Shown here piece after piece: positions 26,034 through 36,303 of a stretch of DNA of 41,088 nt. The DNA is from Mahellales bacterium (GTDB taxonomy: Bacteria; Bacillota; Clostridia; DUOD01), in assembly GCA_050945235.1 (NCBI GenBank), contig JBMNSO010000001.1, forward strand, positions 1 to 41,088, given 5' to 3'. The position numbers were made by a program, and so were the translations under genes. How positions within the stretch are numbered: the first letter of the stretch is position 1; each line of letters starts with the position of its first letter. The notes under the pieces are model-generated. The model saw only the letters and a list, made by a program, of their open reading frames with translations. It did no database searches and had not been told where the DNA came from.

Positions 26034-26945
26034 TTGAACAAGAAAGCAATATATGAACGCCTTAGAAATCTAGGTATTAAGGATGTCAGACTGGACGAGA
26101 TGATGAAACACCATACATCCTTTAAGATAGGCGGGCCGGCAGATATATTTGTCGCACCGGAAAGTCCTGAAGAAATAAAGGCTATCATAGCCTTATGTCG
26201 GCGGGAGGATATACCTTTTTTGATTATGGGAAGGGGCAGCAACCTATTGGTAAGGGACGGAGGGATAAGGGGCGTTGTTATTAAACTGGGTGAAAGGTTT
26301 AAGGCCATGGAGGTGGAAGGTCTAAAGATAACCGCCTCGGCCGGTGTGGTATTAAGCGCATTGGTGAATGAGGCTGTGGACCATGGCTTAGGGGGCCTGG
26401 AATTCGCCCATGGTATACCCGGTACGGTGGGCGGTGCCCTGTTTATGAATGCAGGTGCCTATGACGGGGAAATCAAGGATGTGGTTGAGAAGGTAGAAGC
26501 CCTGGACCTTGATGGCAGTATTATTACTCTGGACAACCAGGACATGAAATTGGGATACAGGCATAGTGTATTCCAGGAAAAACCGCTGGTAATATTAAAG
26601 GGTACCTTTATCCTTAAAAAAGGGGAAATCAACCGGCTTAGGGAAAGAATACGGGATTTCAATAGGCGGAGGCAGCAAAAACAGCCCCTGACCTATCCCA
26701 GCGCGGGAAGTGTCTTTAAAAGGCCGGTGGGATATTATGCGGGTAAACTCATACAGGATGCGGGGCTTAAAGGATATAGGATAGGTGATGCTCAGGTTTC
26801 GGAGCTCCATTGCGGCTTTATAATAAATCTTGGTAATGCCACCGCCCTAGATGTACTGCAGTTGATGGACCATGTAACAGGTACGGTCAAGGGAAAATTC
26901 GGTGTTGAATTATCCCCGGAAGTCAGGGTGATAGGTGAGGAATAG
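26034..26945 (+). CDS. murB: UDP-N-acetylenolpyruvoylglucosamine reductase
   Basis: HTSFKIGGPADIF, GRGSNLLV, IPGTVGGALFMNAGAYG-like, SAGSVFKRP, and SELHCGFIIN. TTG start after a G-rich SD. Confidence 0.9.
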   Translation: MNKKAIYERLRNLGIKDVRLDEMMKHHTSFKIGGPADIFVAPESPEEIKAIIALCRREDIPFLIMGRGSNLLVRDGGIRGVVIKLGERFKAMEVEGLKITASAGVVLSALVNEAVDHGLGGLEFAHGIPGTVGGALFMNAGAYDGEIKDVVEKVEALDLDGSIITLDNQDMKLGYRHSVFQEKPLVILKGTFILKKGEINRLRERIRDFNRRRQQKQPLTYPSAGSVFKRPVGYYAGKLIQDAGLKGYRIGDAQVSELHCGFIINLGNATALDVLQLMDHVTGTVKGKFGVELSPEVRVIGEE

Positions 26946-26977
26946 TGATAATAGAAGGATGATATTAGGTGGATCAA

Positions 26978-27706
26978 ATGAAGTTTTTGGGTGACTACCA
27001 TACCCATACAGTATACAGCCATGGCAAAGGAAGTGTGGAAGACAATGTAAGGGCGGCTTTGAACAAAGGACTTAAGGAAATTGCTATAGCCGACCATGGT
27101 ATGGGGCATATAAGCTATGGCATTAAACGGAGTAAGATAAAAAAACTTAGGAAAGAAATAGATAGCGTACAAAAGAAATACCCTGAAATTAAAATACTGA
27201 TGGGTATCGAAACAAACCTGACATCCCTGGAGGGCGACATAGACCTGCCCGATGAATATAGAGACTATTTTGATATAGTGTTAATGGGTTTTCATAAGGC
27301 TGTATGGCCAAGGGACCTAAAATCGGCATATTATCTATTTTTTAAAAATATTCTGGCGCCTATTATACCAGGATTGGGCAGGCGGTTAAGGGATATGAAT
27401 ACCCAAGCCATGACAAGGGCTGTAGAAAGGCATAAGATAGACGTGATAACCCATCCCGGGGCCAAGATCAATATTGATACACGGCTGCTGGCCCAAAAGG
27501 CGGCTGCCAGGGGTACTTTGTTGGAGATTAACGCAAGTCATGGATATATGAAGGAAGAGTATGTGCAGGCGGCAAAGGAGCAAGGTGCCAAATTTATCAT
27601 AAATAGCGATGCCCATAAGCCGAGGGACGTGGGCAATTTTGCAAAGGCCATAGACATTGTCAAAAGGACCGGCTTAAAGAAAGAAGATATATACAATATG
27701 ATATAA
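26978..27706 (+). CDS. PHP-domain phosphoesterase (second paralog, HisJ/YcdX-like)
   Basis: GDYHTHT, IADHG, MGIETN, GFHK, THPG, LEINAS and NSDAH. The ATG at 26978 lies 5 nt after AGGTGG. Confidence 0.75.
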   Translation: MKFLGDYHTHTVYSHGKGSVEDNVRAALNKGLKEIAIADHGMGHISYGIKRSKIKKLRKEIDSVQKKYPEIKILMGIETNLTSLEGDIDLPDEYRDYFDIVLMGFHKAVWPRDLKSAYYLFFKNILAPIIPGLGRRLRDMNTQAMTRAVERHKIDVITHPGAKINIDTRLLAQKAAARGTLLEINASHGYMKEEYVQAAKEQGAKFIINSDAHKPRDVGNFAKAIDIVKRTGLKKEDIYNMI

Positions 27707-27814
27707 TGAATTGAAAAAGGGTTTAATATTTTATAAAAGTGGCTGGCGTCCTGGCCTTTAGAATTGGCCGGTTGACAATTTGATTATAGGGATATATGAA
27801 AAGGGGCATATCAT

Positions 27815-28681
27815 ATGAGATTTCTGATTGTAACGGGCCTGTCTGGGGCCGGAAAGAGCCAAACATTAAGATATTTGGAGGATATGGGGTATTTTTGTAT
27901 CGACAATTTACCGCCAAAACTGATACCGAAGTTTGCCGAGCTGTGTTATCAGTCCGAAGGAAAGATCGAACGGGTGGCAATAGTTGTGGATATAAGGGGC
28001 GGCGAATTCTTTGAGGACTTGTTTGAATGCCTGGGTGATCTGGAAGAAAATGGGTACAGGTATGAGATACTGTTTTTAGAGGCCTCAACGGAAATGCTGA
28101 TCAAAAGGTATAAAGAAACCCGACGGAAACATCCGTTGGCAAAGGAAGGCAGGGTCATAGGGGCGATAAACCAAGAGCGGGAGCTGCTGGCCGGTGTAAG
28201 GTTGCGGGCCAACAATATCATTGATACCACCAATTTGCAACCTAAGCAATTGAAAAAGGAACTGGTTAAGCTATTTTTGGACGACAATAATCAGCAGGGT
28301 CTGCTTATCTCGGTTATGTCCTTTGGCTTTAAGTATGGAATACCGTTGGATACCGACCTGGTTTTTGATGTGAGATTTCTGCCCAATCCCTTTTACATCG
28401 ATAAGTTGCGTCATTCCACCGGACGGGAACCCGAGGTGAAGGAATATGTGCTAATGTCTAAGGAGGCAAAGGAATTTTTAAACAAGCTGGAAGACATGTT
28501 GGATTTCCTTATACCGTTGTATTTAAAGGAGGGTAAAAGCCAGTTGGTGATATCCATCGGATGTACTGGCGGCAAGCACCGTTCGGTCACAATTGCCCAG
28601 TTTTTATACGAGAAACTGCTGGAAAAGGGTCATAAGGTGATGGTAGATCACAGGGACGTGGACCACGACCGGCCCAGGTAA
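27815..28681 (+). CDS. rapZ: RNase adapter / nucleotide-binding protein RapZ (YvcJ)
   Basis: Walker [10 protein letters not shown], plus [17 protein letters not shown] and the C-terminal [10 protein letters not shown]. Length 288 aa. Confidence 0.9.
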   Translation: MRFLIVTGLSGAGKSQTLRYLEDMGYFCIDNLPPKLIPKFAELCYQSEGKIERVAIVVDIRGGEFFEDLFECLGDLEENGYRYEILFLEASTEMLIKRYKETRRKHPLAKEGRVIGAINQERELLAGVRLRANNIIDTTNLQPKQLKKELVKLFLDDNNQQGLLISVMSFGFKYGIPLDTDLVFDVRFLPNPFYIDKLRHSTGREPEVKEYVLMSKEAKEFLNKLEDMLDFLIPLYLKEGKSQLVISIGCTGGKHRSVTIAQFLYEKLLEKGHKVMVDHRDVDHDRPR

Positions 28682-28740
28682 TTATCAAAGTATTGTAAAC
28701 AGGACTTTTTATATAATAATCAAATGAAGGGGTGAGGGAG

Positions 28741-29721
28741 TTGTCCTTTTCCTCTAAAACAAAGAACGAGCTGTCAAAGCTGGTGGTAAAAAACAATTGC
28801 TGCCTTGTTTCAGAATTGACAGCTTTGATACAAACCAGCGGTACAATACAGATAACCGGTCAGCACCGGATAAATCTCAAGGTTACAACAGAGAATGCCT
28901 CCATTGCAAGGCGTTTGTTTATGTTGCTGAAGGCTGTTTTACACATCAATACCGAGGTAATGATAAGAAAGAACATCAGATTAAAAAAGAACAATAGCTA
29001 TGTACTGCTGGTCACATCCCAAATGGGAGCCGGCAAGCTGCTGGAAAGGATCGGGATACTTAAATTTAGCAGTTCAGGAGCTTACAACCTAAGTTATAGG
29101 ATAAATGCAGGGATAATAAGGAAAAATTGCTGTAAACGGGCATATATTCGGGGTGCCTTTTTAGGCTGTGGTTCCATTAGCGACCCTGAAAAGACATATC
29201 ATATGGAATTTGTCACCACAAACGAGGAGTATGCCCACAGTTTAAAGAGTTTAATAAACCATTTTGGTCTTACCTCAAAAATAACTGTTAGGAAATCGAA
29301 TTTTGTGGTATACCTAAAAGAAGGTGAACAAATAGTAGATCTGTTAAATATAATCGGTGCCCATTCAGCATTATTATACCTGGAGAATATAAGAATATAC
29401 AAAGAAATGAGGAATAACGTCAATAGAATAGTTAACTGTGAAACAGCCAACCTAAGCAAGACCGTCAATGCCGCTGTAAGACAAATAAGAAATATTGAGT
29501 ATATAAGGGACACGATAGGTCTTGAAAAATTACCCAATAATTTAAAAGAGATAGCCCGGCTCAGGCTTAGCCATTCCGAAGCCAGCCTCAAGGAATTGGG
29601 GGAAATGCTGTCACCGCCAATCGGGAAATCCGGCGTAAACCATAGACTGCGCAAGCTGGATACCATAGCCGAAGGTTTATTTAGGAAGGGAGTTGGATAT
29701 AATGAAACAAAGCACTGTTAA
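28741..29721 (+). CDS. whiA: Sporulation/cell-division regulator WhiA
   Basis: [11 protein letters not shown]-terminus, [19 protein letters not shown] (degenerate LAGLIDADG region) and C-terminal [16 protein letters not shown] chose the TTG at 28741 to give the canonical MSFS start, about 8 nt after GAAGGGG. Confidence 0.9.
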   Translation: MSFSSKTKNELSKLVVKNNCCLVSELTALIQTSGTIQITGQHRINLKVTTENASIARRLFMLLKAVLHINTEVMIRKNIRLKKNNSYVLLVTSQMGAGKLLERIGILKFSSSGAYNLSYRINAGIIRKNCCKRAYIRGAFLGCGSISDPEKTYHMEFVTTNEEYAHSLKSLINHFGLTSKITVRKSNFVVYLKEGEQIVDLLNIIGAHSALLYLENIRIYKEMRNNVNRIVNCETANLSKTVNAAVRQIRNIEYIRDTIGLEKLPNNLKEIARLRLSHSEASLKELGEMLSPPIGKSGVNHRLRKLDTIAEGLFRKGVGYNETKHC

Positions 29722-29965
29722 GGTCAGTAACAAGGACGGCCTCCATGCCCGACCGGCTGCTGTATTTGTGCAGTTGGCCAATAAGTTTAATTCGGAGGTA
29801 TGGATAGAAAAGGATAATAAGAGGGTTAATGCAAAGAGTATTATGGGCGTGATGTCCCTTGGGATATCTGCCGATACGGAAATAACTGTGGCTGCTCAAG
29901 GAGAGGATGAGGATAAGGCGGTGAAGGCCTTGGTGGAACTTGTAACCTCCGAATTTGGAAGGTAA
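29702..29965 (+). CDS. ptsH: HPr-family phosphocarrier protein
   Basis: GLHARPA places His at residue 15 and [12 protein letters not shown] places Ser at residue 46, counted from the ATG at 29702. The gene overlaps the whiA 3' end by 20 nt. Confidence 0.9.
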   Translation: MKQSTVKVSNKDGLHARPAAVFVQLANKFNSEVWIEKDNKRVNAKSIMGVMSLGISADTEITVAAQGEDEDKAVKALVELVTSEFGR

Positions 29966-30015
29966 GCCATTGAAATGGAAAGAGCCGTTATACAGAACGG
30001 GAAAGGATAAAAAGG

Positions 30016-30042
30016 GAGAAAGTGTAATGCTTTCTCTTTTTT
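30016..30042 (+). terminator. Rho-independent terminator after ptsH
   Basis: GAGAAAG / CTTTCTC stem, 7-nt loop, then TTTTTT. Confidence 0.8.
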
Positions 30043-30105
30043 AATATCAAAAGTGGCAAAGAAAGGCGGGAGATGATAAAATATTCATGGAGAAGGTGTG
30101 TTTGA

Positions 30106-31407
30106 ATGACCACGAAACATAATTTAATACTTGAGCATATAACCCGGTTGAAGCCGGGAACAAAGATTTCCGTGAGAAAGATTTCCCAACATTTAAACGT
30201 CAGCCAAGGCACGGCCTATAGGGCAATTAAGGAGGCACAGCTACTGGGCATGGTAAGGACCATTCCCAGGGTAGGTACCGTCAGGGTGGAAAACTCGGAA
30301 AAGAAGGGCATCGAAAGGCTGACCTTTGCAGAGGTGCAAAATATTGTGGACGGCACCGTTCTGGGAGGAAGGGATGGCCTGGAAAAGGCCCTTAATAAAT
30401 TCGTTGTAGGTGCAATGACCGTTGATATGATGGGGAAATATATTTCAAAGAACGACCTTTTAATAGTCGGCAACAGACCGGAATGTTACCGTCTTGCCCT
30501 TGAAAACCAGTGTGGAGTATTGATAACCGGCGGCTTCGAATGCGATGCTGAAATAAAGGCATTGGCTGATGAAAGGCAAATGCCCATCATTTCTTCAACA
30601 TATGATACCTTTACCGTGGCCGCCCTTATAAATAAGACTATAATCAACAGAATGGTAAAGAAAGAAATCCTGCTGGTGGAGGATATAATGACCTCCAATG
30701 TACGGTACTTAAGCAGTGACAGCATCATTGCCCATTGGAAGGCTTTGCTGACTTCCACCAACCACAGCCAGTTTCCGGTGGTGGATAGTCGCAAAAGGGT
30801 AATTGGCATACTGACGTCAAAGGATGTTGCGGATCTGGAGGAAGAGCAGCCAGTGATCAAGGTTATGACCAAGAACCCCATTACGGTAACTCCAAAGACG
30901 TCGGTAGCCTATGCTGCCCATGTTATGATCTGGGAAAGTATAGAAATACTGCCTGTGGTAGATGATAAGCAGCTGGTCGGGGTGGTCAGCCGCCAGGATG
31001 TCATAAGAGCGCTGCATTATATGAAAAGCCAGCCCCAAGTAGGGGAGGCCATGGAAGACATGGTGCTCAACAGCTTTGCAGTAGATAAGAGCAGCCAGAA
31101 GATAAGGTTTTCAGGCAGGGTGGGGCATATAATGCTCAGTGAGATAGGTACGGCAAGCGTGGGCGCTTTAACTCTGGTGATGTCTACTTTAGGTACCGCT
31201 GCTATTAAGAAAGTTACCAGAATGAATGCTGTGGCCGATAGTTTCTCCGCTCATTTTATAAAACCCCTTCAATTGGATGACGAGGTACAGGTGGAAGTGG
31301 AGATAATTGACATCGGCAGGAACTATGGAAAGGTAGAAATAATGGTGATACATGATAGGAAACTTATGGCAAAGGCCATGGTTTCAGTTAAGATATTCAG
31401 AAGATAA
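30106..31407 (+). CDS. ytoI: Multidomain HTH - DRTGG - CBS pair - hotdog-fold protein (YtoI-like)
   Basis: wHTH ISVRKISQHLNVSQGTAYRAI, a DRTGG-like LIVGNRPECYRLALENQCGVLITGG, two CBS repeats (DIMTSNVRYL..., KVMTKNPITV...VVSRQDVIRAL) and a C-terminal thioesterase-like region. Its position upstream of dnaE matches Bacillus. Confidence 0.7.
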   Translation: MTTKHNLILEHITRLKPGTKISVRKISQHLNVSQGTAYRAIKEAQLLGMVRTIPRVGTVRVENSEKKGIERLTFAEVQNIVDGTVLGGRDGLEKALNKFVVGAMTVDMMGKYISKNDLLIVGNRPECYRLALENQCGVLITGGFECDAEIKALADERQMPIISSTYDTFTVAALINKTIINRMVKKEILLVEDIMTSNVRYLSSDSIIAHWKALLTSTNHSQFPVVDSRKRVIGILTSKDVADLEEEQPVIKVMTKNPITVTPKTSVAYAAHVMIWESIEILPVVDDKQLVGVVSRQDVIRALHYMKSQPQVGEAMEDMVLNSFAVDKSSQKIRFSGRVGHIMLSEIGTASVGALTLVMSTLGTAAIKKVTRMNAVADSFSAHFIKPLQLDDEVQVEVEIIDIGRNYGKVEIMVIHDRKLMAKAMVSVKIFRR

Positions 31408-31419
31408 TGGGGTATCAAA

Positions 31420-34400
31420 ATGAATCCGGTTGGAACAGATAATTTTATACACTTACACTGTCATACAGAATACAGCCTGCTAGACGGTGCGTCCAGGATA
31501 AAGGAAGTAATAGGCCGGGCCAAGGAGCTGGGGATGGACAGCCTAGCCATAACCGACCATGGCGTTATGTACGGAATAATTGATTTTTATAAGGAAGCCG
31601 TAAGCCAAGGAATCAAGCCTATAATAGGCTGTGAAGTATATGTAGCCCCCGGGTCTATGGATATAAAAGAGGGTAGTGGGGACGGCGTGTACAGCCACTT
31701 AGTCCTGCTTGCACAGGATGGGCAGGGCTATAAGAACCTGGTTAAATTGGTTTCCTTAGGGTTTACCAGGGGCTTCTATTACAAACCTAGGGTAGACATT
31801 GAAGCATTAAAAATGCATCACAATGGTATTATTGCCCTCAGCGCCTGTTTGGCCGGGGATATTCCCAAACTCTTACTTCAACAGCAACACAAGGAGGCGG
31901 CAAAAAGGGCACAGCTGTATAATAATATATTTGGCCAGGGAAACTTTTACCTGGAATTGCAGGACCATGGTTTAAGGGAGCAGAAGTTCGTCAACCAGGG
32001 CTTGGTAGAACTGGGGGAACAATTGGGTATACCTCTGGTAGCAACAAATGACGTACATTATGTAAGAAAGGAAGACGCCCAGGCCCATGATGTACTGATG
32101 TGTATACAAACAGGCAAGCGGGTTAATGATCAGGACAGGATGAAGATGTCCACCAGTGAATTTTATTTAAAGTCTGCCCGGGAGATGGCAGCATTGTTTG
32201 AACATGTACCCGATGCGATGGAGAATACCGTTGATATCGCCCAACGGTGTAATGTTGAATTCAGTTTTAATAAGCTGTATATGCCTAAATACCAAGTACC
32301 TTCGGGCTATGACCCGGCGGAGTATCTAAGGAAGCTGTGTTGCGACGGAATAAAGGAACGATTTGGTGAGGCCTCCGGTAAGGACATTACTGAAAGGGTG
32401 GATTATGAACTTAACCTTATCCAGAGGATGGGATATGTGGATTATTTCCTGATAGTCTGGGACTTTATTAAATATGCCAAGGACCATGGTATTATGGTAG
32501 GACCGGGTAGGGGCAGCGCTGCCGGCAGCCTGGTGGCCTACTGCCTGGGGATTACCGAGATTGATCCGCTGAAATATAACCTTCTGTTTGAGCGGTTTTT
32601 GAACCCCGACCGTATTACCATGCCTGATATAGATATCGACTTTTGCTTCGAAAGAAGGGGCGAAGTGATAGACTATGTGGTGGAAAAGTACGGTGCTGAC
32701 CGGGTGGCCCAAATAATAACCTTTGGTACCATGGCCGCCCGTGCCGTTATTCGAGATGTGGGCAGGGCACTGGACATGCCCTATAACGAGGTGGACAGGG
32801 TAGCCAAGCTCATTCCCTTTGAGCTGGGTATGACGTTAAAACGTGCCCTGGAGCTTAACCCACAGCTAAAGGAAGGCTATATGTCCGATCACCAGATAAA
32901 ACAGTTGATAGACATGTCCCTTAAATTAGAGGGTCTGCCCCGCCACGCGTCTACCCATGCCGCAGGGGTGGTCATTTCCAAGGAACCATTGACGGAATAC
33001 GTTCCGCTGCAGCGGAACGATGACATTATTACCACCCAGTTTTCCATGGGCGTTTTGGAAGAACTGGGTCTGTTGAAAATGGATTTTTTGGGACTTAGGA
33101 CTCTGACCGTCATAAGGGATACCCTACAACTGATAAAACATAACAGAGGGATTGAAATAGATATAAACACCATAGACTTTAATGACCCAAAGGTATACGA
33201 TATGATAACCCAGGGTGAAACCGAGGGCGTTTTTCAGCTGGAGAGCCCGGGCATGCGTGCCTTTTTGAAGGAGCTTAAGCCCTCTAGGTTTGAAGATATA
33301 ATAGCCGGGATTTCCCTGTACCGCCCGGGGCCCATGGACCAGATCCCCAGATACATCGCTAATAAAAACAACCCTCGGAATATAACCTATCATCACCAAA
33401 AACTTGAACCCATATTAAATGTTACCTACGGATGCATGGTTTATCAAGAACAAGTAATGCAGATAGTAAGGGATCTGGCAGGATATTCCTTGGGCAGGGC
33501 CGACCTGGTAAGGAGGGCCATGGCCAAGAAAAAGACCGATGTTATGGAAAAGGAACGGCAAAATTTTATCCACGGTATAGTGGGGGAAGACGGCGAGGTA
33601 GAGGTCCCCGGTGCAGTAAACAACGGTATACCACCATCCGTTGCCAGCAGGATTTTCGATGAGATGATGGAATTTGCCAAGTATGCCTTTAACAAGTCCC
33701 ATGCCGCAGCCTATGCTGTTATTGCCTATAGGACCGCATGGCTTAAATGTCATTATCCCGTGGAGTTTATGGCGGCTTTAATGACCAGCTTCATGGGCAA
33801 TACCGGCAAGATAGCCGCCTATATAAACAACTGCAACAGAATGGGAATAAGAGTCCTCCCCCCTGACGTCAATGAAAGTTATGAAAACTTTACGGTAATT
33901 GGCGATACGATAAGATTTGGTATGGCTGCGGTTAAAAACGTTGGTCATGGAGCTATTTCAACAATAATAAAGACCCGCAACGAAAAGGGCAGGTTCGCCA
34001 GTTTCACCGAGTTTTGCCAAAAGACCGCACTGTCGGACATTAACAAAAAGACGGTGGAAAGCCTGATAAAGTGTGGGGCCTTTGATTCGTTGCTGGTTAA
34101 ACGTTCCCAGCTGTTGGCTGTATTTGATAAGATAATGGACAGCCAACTCCATAGCCAAAAAAATAATATAGCCGGCCAGGTGTCCTTATTTGAAAGCGTT
34201 ATGGAAAAAAGTACGGTGGACAAGATAAACCGGGATATACTACCTGACATTGAAGAGTTTCCCCAGAGGACGTTGCTGGCGATGGAAAAGGAAATGGTAG
34301 GTATATATATGAGCGGCCACCCCCTTATGGAATACAAAGGCATAATAGAGGATATTGCCAGTACCAGTACCTTGGAAATCAATAATTTACAAGATCAGTA

Positions 34401-34932
34401 TAAAAGTGAAGGGGATATTAGCATTAATAGGCCTAGCCTGGGGGATGGGGATAGGGTGGTTATAGGCGGTATAGTAACGAGTAAGAAAGTGAAGGCCACG
34501 AAGAATAGCAAGATGATGGCCTTTGTTACCCTGGAAGATTTACACGGTACCATAGAAATAATAGTCTTCCCAGTGATATATGAAAAACTAATGAACCTAT
34601 TAAATGAAGATAATGTATTGATTGTAAAGGGCAGACTGAGCTTAAGGGAAGACCAGGAGCCCAAAGTAATCTGCGAGGACGCCTATTCCGTTGAAGGGCA
34701 TACAGGCAAAAAGCTTTACTTAAAGATTGCCAGGGATAAGGATATTGACATAAAGGGACAATTGTCGCCCTTGTTGTCCAGGTATAGGGGCAACATACCC
34801 GTATATGTTTATTTTGAGGCAGCGGATAAGAAATTAATGGTCAGCAAGGCATACTGGGTAAAGGATAATGAGCATTTGTTGGATGATTTGCGCCGACTTC
34901 TTGGAAGGGATTGTGTCAAAATAACAGGTTAG
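31420..34932 (+). CDS. dnaE: DNA polymerase III alpha subunit (DnaE type)
   Basis: PHP domain HLHCHTEYSLLDGA / ITDHG, palm GPGRGSAAGSLVAYCLGIT and PDIDIDF, and a C-terminal OB fold. Length 1170 aa. Confidence 0.95.
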   Translation: MNPVGTDNFIHLHCHTEYSLLDGASRIKEVIGRAKELGMDSLAITDHGVMYGIIDFYKEAVSQGIKPIIGCEVYVAPGSMDIKEGSGDGVYSHLVLLAQDGQGYKNLVKLVSLGFTRGFYYKPRVDIEALKMHHNGIIALSACLAGDIPKLLLQQQHKEAAKRAQLYNNIFGQGNFYLELQDHGLREQKFVNQGLVELGEQLGIPLVATNDVHYVRKEDAQAHDVLMCIQTGKRVNDQDRMKMSTSEFYLKSAREMAALFEHVPDAMENTVDIAQRCNVEFSFNKLYMPKYQVPSGYDPAEYLRKLCCDGIKERFGEASGKDITERVDYELNLIQRMGYVDYFLIVWDFIKYAKDHGIMVGPGRGSAAGSLVAYCLGITEIDPLKYNLLFERFLNPDRITMPDIDIDFCFERRGEVIDYVVEKYGADRVAQIITFGTMAARAVIRDVGRALDMPYNEVDRVAKLIPFELGMTLKRALELNPQLKEGYMSDHQIKQLIDMSLKLEGLPRHASTHAAGVVISKEPLTEYVPLQRNDDIITTQFSMGVLEELGLLKMDFLGLRTLTVIRDTLQLIKHNRGIEIDINTIDFNDPKVYDMITQGETEGVFQLESPGMRAFLKELKPSRFEDIIAGISLYRPGPMDQIPRYIANKNNPRNITYHHQKLEPILNVTYGCMVYQEQVMQIVRDLAGYSLGRADLVRRAMAKKKTDVMEKERQNFIHGIVGEDGEVEVPGAVNNGIPPSVASRIFDEMMEFAKYAFNKSHAAAYAVIAYRTAWLKCHYPVEFMAALMTSFMGNTGKIAAYINNCNRMGIRVLPPDVNESYENFTVIGDTIRFGMAAVKNVGHGAISTIIKTRNEKGRFASFTEFCQKTALSDINKKTVESLIKCGAFDSLLVKRSQLLAVFDKIMDSQLHSQKNNIAGQVSLFESVMEKSTVDKINRDILPDIEEFPQRTLLAMEKEMVGIYMSGHPLMEYKGIIEDIASTSTLEINNLQDQYKSEGDISINRPSLGDGDRVVIGGIVTSKKVKATKNSKMMAFVTLEDLHGTIEIIVFPVIYEKLMNLLNEDNVLIVKGRLSLREDQEPKVICEDAYSVEGHTGKKLYLKIARDKDIDIKGQLSPLLSRYRGNIPVYVYFEAADKKLMVSKAYWVKDNEHLLDDLRRLLGRDCVKITG

Positions 34933-35010
34933 TAGTCTGTTTTATAGGAAAACTCCATCGTCTATAGTATATATACAGTAGATGTTTAGTGGAATAATAA
35001 AGTATGTATA

Positions 35011-35019
35011 TGATATAAT
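35011..35019 (+). promoter_or_regulatory. Extended -10 element upstream of the small ORF-pfkA-pyk unit
   Basis: TGaTATAAT at 35011-35019. Confidence 0.4.
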
Positions 35020-35079
35020 ATGAATGTTAATTGGGAGTAGTATAGACAGAACACCTTATTCCCATGGGGAGGTCATTAT

Positions 35080-35277
35080 ATGTGGATGGTAGTATATATT
35101 GCTCAGAATAAATCCAAAGCAGACAAAGTAAAGGATTTGCTGTTCAAGGAAGGATTCTTGGTAAAACTGAAACCCATATATAAAAATGTCTCTTCCGAGG
35201 ACAACTATTATGAGATACTGGTACCACAGTCTGAAGCCAGAGAAGTCCATGATATATTGATGGAGCAAGGGTATTAG
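35080..35277 (+). CDS. Small (65 aa) conserved-looking protein, possibly DUF2007-like beta-alpha-beta fold
   Basis: GGGGAGG lies 7 nt upstream of the ATG. The pattern VVYIAQNKSKADKVKDLLFKEGFLVKL ... YEILVPQSEAREVHDIL resembles the small putative signal-transducing fold. The call is by eye only. Confidence 0.5.
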   Translation: MWMVVYIAQNKSKADKVKDLLFKEGFLVKLKPIYKNVSSEDNYYEILVPQSEAREVHDILMEQGY

Positions 35278-35311
35278 CAATAAATTAAATACGAGAAAAT
35301 ATATGAAATAA

Positions 35312-36289
<978 letters not shown>

Positions 36290-36303
36290 GGACGGGAATA
36301 GAT

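Noticed and set aside
27772-27800. TTGACA-17-TATGAA promoter-like element upstream of rapZ
   Set aside because: The -10 element ends only about 15 nt before the rapZ ATG. Transcription would then start at or after the AAGGGG SD, so it is unlikely to be the functional promoter, although a leaderless-like transcript cannot be excluded.
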